Assembly: GCA_964513365.1 (NCBI GenBank)
Contig: CAZEMH010000002.1
Coordinates: 1-46,411 of the forward strand
Reading direction: 5' to 3'
Length of the DNA: 46,411 nt
Source: an uncultured Candidatus Saccharibacteria bacterium
Lineage (GTDB): Bacteria > Patescibacteriota > Minisyncoccia > UBA6257
Below the pieces are notes generated by a model. The model was not told the DNA's origin. It searched no databases and was given only the letters and a program-made list of their open reading frames with translations. Below are positions 42,973 to 46,411 of the stretch, piece after piece. Numbering within the stretch: the first letter of the stretch is position 1; each line of letters starts with the position of its first letter. The position numbers and the translations under genes were made by a program.

Positions 42973-43154
42973 TTATATTGTTCTATACTTAAACTTTAAC
43001 CTAGGCACTATTTATTCTCTTGTGATTAACTTTTCAGAATGTTTTATTTAAGAAATTTTTATAGTATTGTATTTTATCCAATGGAACCAAATCAGCTCCT
43101 AATGGTTTCTTAAATTTATCTATATAGGGAATAATAGGCCTTAAATTAAAAATT

Positions 43155-44681
43155 ATGGCTTTATTAAATATATCAAGTATTGTTTTGTCTATTGGAATAG
43201 GCCTATTTTTGGGATATATTATTCGTCAAAGAATTGCTCAAAGATATGCAGATTCTATAGAAGCTAAATTAAAGGCTCGTATTGAGAAAGTTCGGGATGA
43301 GGCAAGGGATGTTGTTTTAGAAGCTAGAGAAAAAGCTACAAAAATTTTAGAAGAATCTGAAGAAGAAAAGAAAAAGAGGAAAACTCAACTCGACAAAATG
43401 GAAGAGAGATTATTCCAACGAGAGGAGTTAATTGATAAAAAGCAGATTGAGATAGCTGAAGAAGAAAAAGAAAACAAAAGAATTTTTGAGAAGATACAAA
43501 ATTTAAAGACAGAGCTAGAAAAACTTCAAAAAAGCGAATTAGAATCTTTAGAAAAAGTGGCTGGATTATCAACAAAGGAAGCAAAAGAAGAGCTTCTTCA
43601 AAGAGCAGAAAAAGAATACAAGGAAGATATAATGCAATCACTAAAAAAATTAGAGACTATAAGGAAAGAAGAAGTAGAAAAAAAAGCAAAAGAAATAATT
43701 GTTGGAGCAATTCAAAGATACAGTCGTTCAAATGTAAGTGAAATTACTACTACAATAATGAATTTGCCTTCAGAAGATATAAAAGGCAAGATAATAGGGC
43801 GTGAAGGAAGGAATATTCGTCATTTTGAAAAACTCACTGGGGTAGAATTAATAATGGATGATTCACCAAACACAATTATTCTTTCAAGTTTTGATCCAAC
43901 AAGAAGAGAAATTGCCAGGATGGCTTTAGATAAATTAATTCAGGACGGCCGTATTCAGCCGGCAAAAATAGAAGAGAAAATAATTGAAGCGCAAGCAGAA
44001 TTAAGGGAAATAATCAAAAAAGCTGGTGAAGATGCTGTGTATGATGTTGGAATATTAGATTTGCCGCCAGAGATAATCTATTTATTGGGAAGATTAAATT
44101 TCAGAACAAGTTATGGGCAGAATGCTTTAATGCATTCAATAGAGGTTTCTTTACTAAGTGCAGCTTTGGCTTCTGAGCTTGGGGCAGATGTTGAAGTAGC
44201 TAAAAAAGCAGGATTACTTCATGATATTGGCAAAGCAGTTGATCAAGAAATTGAAGGGACTCATCTGGAATTAGGAAGAAGGATATTAAAAAAATATCAT
44301 CAACCAGAAGAGATAATTAAAGCTATGCAGTCTCATCATGATACATATCCTGTTGAGTCAATAGAAGCATCTATTGTAAATGCCGCTGATGCTATTTCCG
44401 CTGCTCGTCCTGGCGCAAGAAAAGATAATATTGAGGCATATCTTAAACGATTAGCTAATCTAGAAGAAATAGCTTATTCTTTCAATGGAGTAGAAAAAGT
44501 TTATGCTGTTTCTGCTGGAAGAGAGATTAGGGTTTTTGTTTATCCAGATAAAATTAATGATCTCGAAGCAATGAAATTAGCAAAAGATTTAGCTAAACGG
44601 TTAGAAGAAACATTAAAATACCCTGGTGAGGTTAAAGTTACAGTAATTCGTGAAACAAGAGTCATTGAAATAGCTAGGTAA
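43155..44681 (+). CDS. rny: Ribonuclease Y
   Basis: N-terminal TM, long coiled coil, KH domain (GKIIGREGRNIRHFE) and HD domain (LLHDIGKA). Confidence 0.95.
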   Translation: MALLNISSIVLSIGIGLFLGYIIRQRIAQRYADSIEAKLKARIEKVRDEARDVVLEAREKATKILEESEEEKKKRKTQLDKMEERLFQREELIDKKQIEIAEEEKENKRIFEKIQNLKTELEKLQKSELESLEKVAGLSTKEAKEELLQRAEKEYKEDIMQSLKKLETIRKEEVEKKAKEIIVGAIQRYSRSNVSEITTTIMNLPSEDIKGKIIGREGRNIRHFEKLTGVELIMDDSPNTIILSSFDPTRREIARMALDKLIQDGRIQPAKIEEKIIEAQAELREIIKKAGEDAVYDVGILDLPPEIIYLLGRLNFRTSYGQNALMHSIEVSLLSAALASELGADVEVAKKAGLLHDIGKAVDQEIEGTHLELGRRILKKYHQPEEIIKAMQSHHDTYPVESIEASIVNAADAISAARPGARKDNIEAYLKRLANLEEIAYSFNGVEKVYAVSAGREIRVFVYPDKINDLEAMKLAKDLAKRLEETLKYPGEVKVTVIRETRVIEIAR

Positions 44682-44757
44682 GTACATATTTGACATATTT
44701 GCTTTATTTAAGCCATGTTGGTATAATAAGGATATTGACAAAGCAAAAGGTCGAACT

Positions 44758-44779
44758 CTCTTTAGGCTAATCTAAAGAG
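44758..44779 (+). promoter_or_regulatory. Perfect 8-bp hairpin in the hup 5' leader
   Basis: CTCTTTAG-GCTAAT-CTAAAGAG, ending 25 nt before the hup ATG. An extended -10 TGgTATAAT lies upstream at about 44719-44727. Confidence 0.4.
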
Positions 44780-44804
44780 GCAAAATATTATAAAAATCAT
44801 TACA

Positions 44805-45077
44805 ATGACAAAAGAAGGTTTAATTGAATCCATTGTTGATAAAGTAGGTTGTTCTAAAGCAGATGCTGGTAGAGCTTTGGAAGCAGTTATTGAGACAATT
44901 ACTAAAAGTTTAACAAATGGAGATTCAGTAACAATAACAGGTTTTGGTACTTTTAGTGCCAGAGCTAGAGCTGCCAGGGCAGGAGTAAATCCTAAAACTG
45001 GTGAAAAGATTCAAATTCCCGCTATGACAGTTCCAAAATTTAAAGCAGGGAAGAGCCTTAAGGAAGCTGTAAGATAA
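44805..45077 (+). CDS. hup: HU-family DNA-binding protein
   Basis: 90 aa; GFGTFSARARAARAGVNPKTGEKIQIPAMTVPKFKAGK is the canonical HU beta-arm. Confidence 0.95.
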   Translation: MTKEGLIESIVDKVGCSKADAGRALEAVIETITKSLTNGDSVTITGFGTFSARARAARAGVNPKTGEKIQIPAMTVPKFKAGKSLKEAVR

Positions 45078-45093
45078 ATACATTCCTTAATTT

Positions 45094-45122
45094 AAAACCC
45101 CGGCTAATTAAGCCGGGGTTTT
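45094..45122. terminator. Bidirectional intrinsic terminator between hup and the S1-like gene
   Basis: AAAA-CCCCGGC-TAATTAA-GCCGGGG-TTTT. Confidence 0.75.
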
Positions 45123-45139
45123 AATAATCAATTTTACTC

Positions 45140-45970
45140 TTATTTTATTTCTTTAGAACTTTTTTCTTCCAAAGCCTTAAAAGATAATGAAATTTTATCA
45201 TCATCAATATTGATAATTTTTGCTTCCTTTGTTTCTCCTTCTTTTAGAATATTTTCTATGTTCTCAGTTTGCTGATTAGAAATTTCCGATATATGCACAA
45301 GTCCGTCAACTTCAGTATCTTCTAATTTTACAAAAGCTCCAAAATCTACAATTTTAGTAATCCTGACTTGTATTTTATCTCCAATTTTATATTTATTTAT
45401 AATGTCTTTTATCTTATCTTTTTCTACTAATTTTTCAGAAAAAATTAATTTGTTAGCAGCAGGGTCAAAATCTAATATCTTTACTTGTATCTTTTTTCCG
45501 ATTAAGAATTTTAATTTTTCTAAGATTTTGTTTTTATTTCCTTCATCTACTTTAGGGTAATGGTCTGCTGATAATTGTGAAGCGGGAAGGAATCCTTTAA
45601 TATTTTCTATGCTTCCCATTAACCCTCCGGCATTAACTTCCGAGATTAATAAAGGGAAGGTTATATTTTCTTTTTTCATTTCTTTTATTTTTTCCCATGT
45701 TTTTTCTTTTTCTAGATTTTGTAAAGCCATTTCTATTAATCCATCTTCATTATTCCAATCAAGGATTTTTACCAGAACTTTTGTACCTTTTTCCAGTTTT
45801 TTAATATAGTTTTTTGTTTCTAGATAGTTTATTCCTTGAATAATACCTGTACCATAAGGAGACAGATCTATAAATAAAGCCCCTTCTTTTTTTTCTAAAA
45901 TAAATCCCTCAACAAAAGATCCAATTGAGGGGAGAGAAATTGAATTATCTTTTTTTACTAAAGAATGCAT
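45140..45970 (-). CDS. S1 RNA-binding protein with three S1 domains (short ribosomal protein S1-like)
   Basis: Three OB/S1 repeats; the last has the canonical VDFGAFVKL....DGLVHISEIS pattern. Confidence 0.75.
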   Translation of the reverse strand: MHSLVKKDNSISLPSIGSFVEGFILEKKEGALFIDLSPYGTGIIQGINYLETKNYIKKLEKGTKVLVKILDWNNEDGLIEMALQNLEKEKTWEKIKEMKKENITFPLLISEVNAGGLMGSIENIKGFLPASQLSADHYPKVDEGNKNKILEKLKFLIGKKIQVKILDFDPAANKLIFSEKLVEKDKIKDIINKYKIGDKIQVRITKIVDFGAFVKLEDTEVDGLVHISEISNQQTENIENILKEGETKEAKIINIDDDKISLSFKALEEKSSKEIK

Positions 45971-45997
45971 TGATTATTTAATTTTTTAAAGTTTATG

Positions 45998-46069
45998 TGC
46001 CTGGGCGGTGAATCGAACACCGGACGCTTTGCTCTTCAAGCAAACGCTCTACCACTGAGCTACCCAGGC
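45998..46069 (-). tRNA. tRNA-Phe(GAA)
   Basis: Acceptor GCCTGGG/CCCAGGC, anticodon stem TTTGC/GCAAA, loop TTGAAGA, T arm CGGTG-TTCGATT-CACCG, A73. No CCA. Confidence 0.85.
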
Positions 46070-46130
46070 TCAAACCCAGATTACCAGTTTAGCATAATAA
46101 ATTTTTAAAGTAAATACTAAAAAGTATTAG

Positions 46131-46204
46131 TGGGCGTGTCCCGACTCGAACGGGAGGCCTTCTGCGTGTAAAGCAGACGCTCTAACCAGCTGAGCTACAC
46201 GCCC
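46131..46204 (-). tRNA. tRNA-Val(TAC)
   Basis: Acceptor GGGCGTG/CACGCCC, anticodon stem TCTGC/GCAGA, loop TTTACAC, T arm TCCCG-TTCGAGT-CGGGA, A73. No CCA. Confidence 0.85.
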
Positions 46205-46212
46205 AAATAATG

Positions 46213-46283
46213 TGGACCCAGTGGGAGTCGAACCCACGACGCCTCTATGCCATAGAGGTATTTTACCACTAGACTATGGGCCC
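46213..46283 (-). tRNA. tRNA-Ala(GGC)
   Basis: Acceptor GGGCCCA/TGGGTCC with the G3-U70 alanine identity pair, anticodon stem CCTCT/AGAGG, loop ATGGCAT, T arm GTGGG-TTCGACT-CCCAC, A73. No CCA. Confidence 0.85.
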
Positions 46284-46313
46284 CTCTGTTCTGTATTCAG
46301 TATTCAATGCTAA

Positions 46314-46342
46314 ATATTATCAGTTTTTCTACTATTTTTCAA
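46314..46342 (-). promoter_or_regulatory. Candidate promoter for the tRNA-Ala/Val/Phe-S1 transcription unit
   Basis: On the minus strand: TTGAAA (46342-46337), 17-nt spacer, TAATAT (46319-46314), about 30 nt upstream of tRNA-Ala. Confidence 0.45.
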
Positions 46343-46411
46343 GAATATTGTAGTTATTTGATTTATTTCGCTGAAAGAATATGCTATTATTAAAGACATG
46401 AGGTGCTCTAT

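Noticed and set aside
1-46411. Looked for CRISPR arrays, rRNA, RNase P RNA/tmRNA/SRP RNA, IS elements, integrases and toxin-antitoxin pairs.
   Set aside because: No direct-repeat/spacer periodicity is present. No G+C-rich structured segments remain beyond the tRNAs listed. No ORF has transposase, integrase or TA-like motifs.

Overview
AT-rich, very gene-dense bacterial chromosomal segment. By inference it looks like a reduced-genome Patescibacteria/CPR-type organism: a short IF-2, almost no Shine-Dalgarno sequences, free-standing LAGLIDADG genes, and tRNAs wedged between CDSs. I call 45 protein-coding features (one a 3' fragment at the window edge, one a truncated pseudogene) and 16 tRNA genes. 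I see no rRNA, CRISPR array, transposase or integrase. The genetic code is standard, since ftsH stops at TGA. The backbone is housekeeping: argS, uppP, cca, infB, rpsO, pnp, ftsH, rluD, rplS, recG, recO, glyQS, metG, tatD, rnj, secG, gpmI, rny, hup and an S1-like gene. Four things stand out. (1) At 14221-14477 a tRNA gene is interrupted in its anticodon loop by a ~182-nt structured insert that itself carries a complete second tRNA; both read as tRNA-Ile(UAU). (2) At 17634-24190 there is a same-strand metallocluster/redox island: a small Gly/Arg zinc-ribbon protein, a NifX-like protein, a CDF transporter fused to a NifX-like domain, two MinD-type ATPases with ferredoxin inserts, a two-subunit 2-oxoacid:ferredoxin oxidoreductase, and a ferredoxin. 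Three of its proteins carry similar Gly/Arg-rich tails. (3) Three free-standing LAGLIDADG homing-endonuclease genes are present, and two are preceded by an identical 11-mer. (4) tRNA use is unusual: Leu(AAG), Arg(GCG), Ile(UAU), a Val tRNA with C33, and tRNAs lying 1-27 nt from CDS ends like punctuation marks. All tRNA folds, promoters, hairpins and protein family calls were made by eye from the sequence and translations. No database search or folding program was run.
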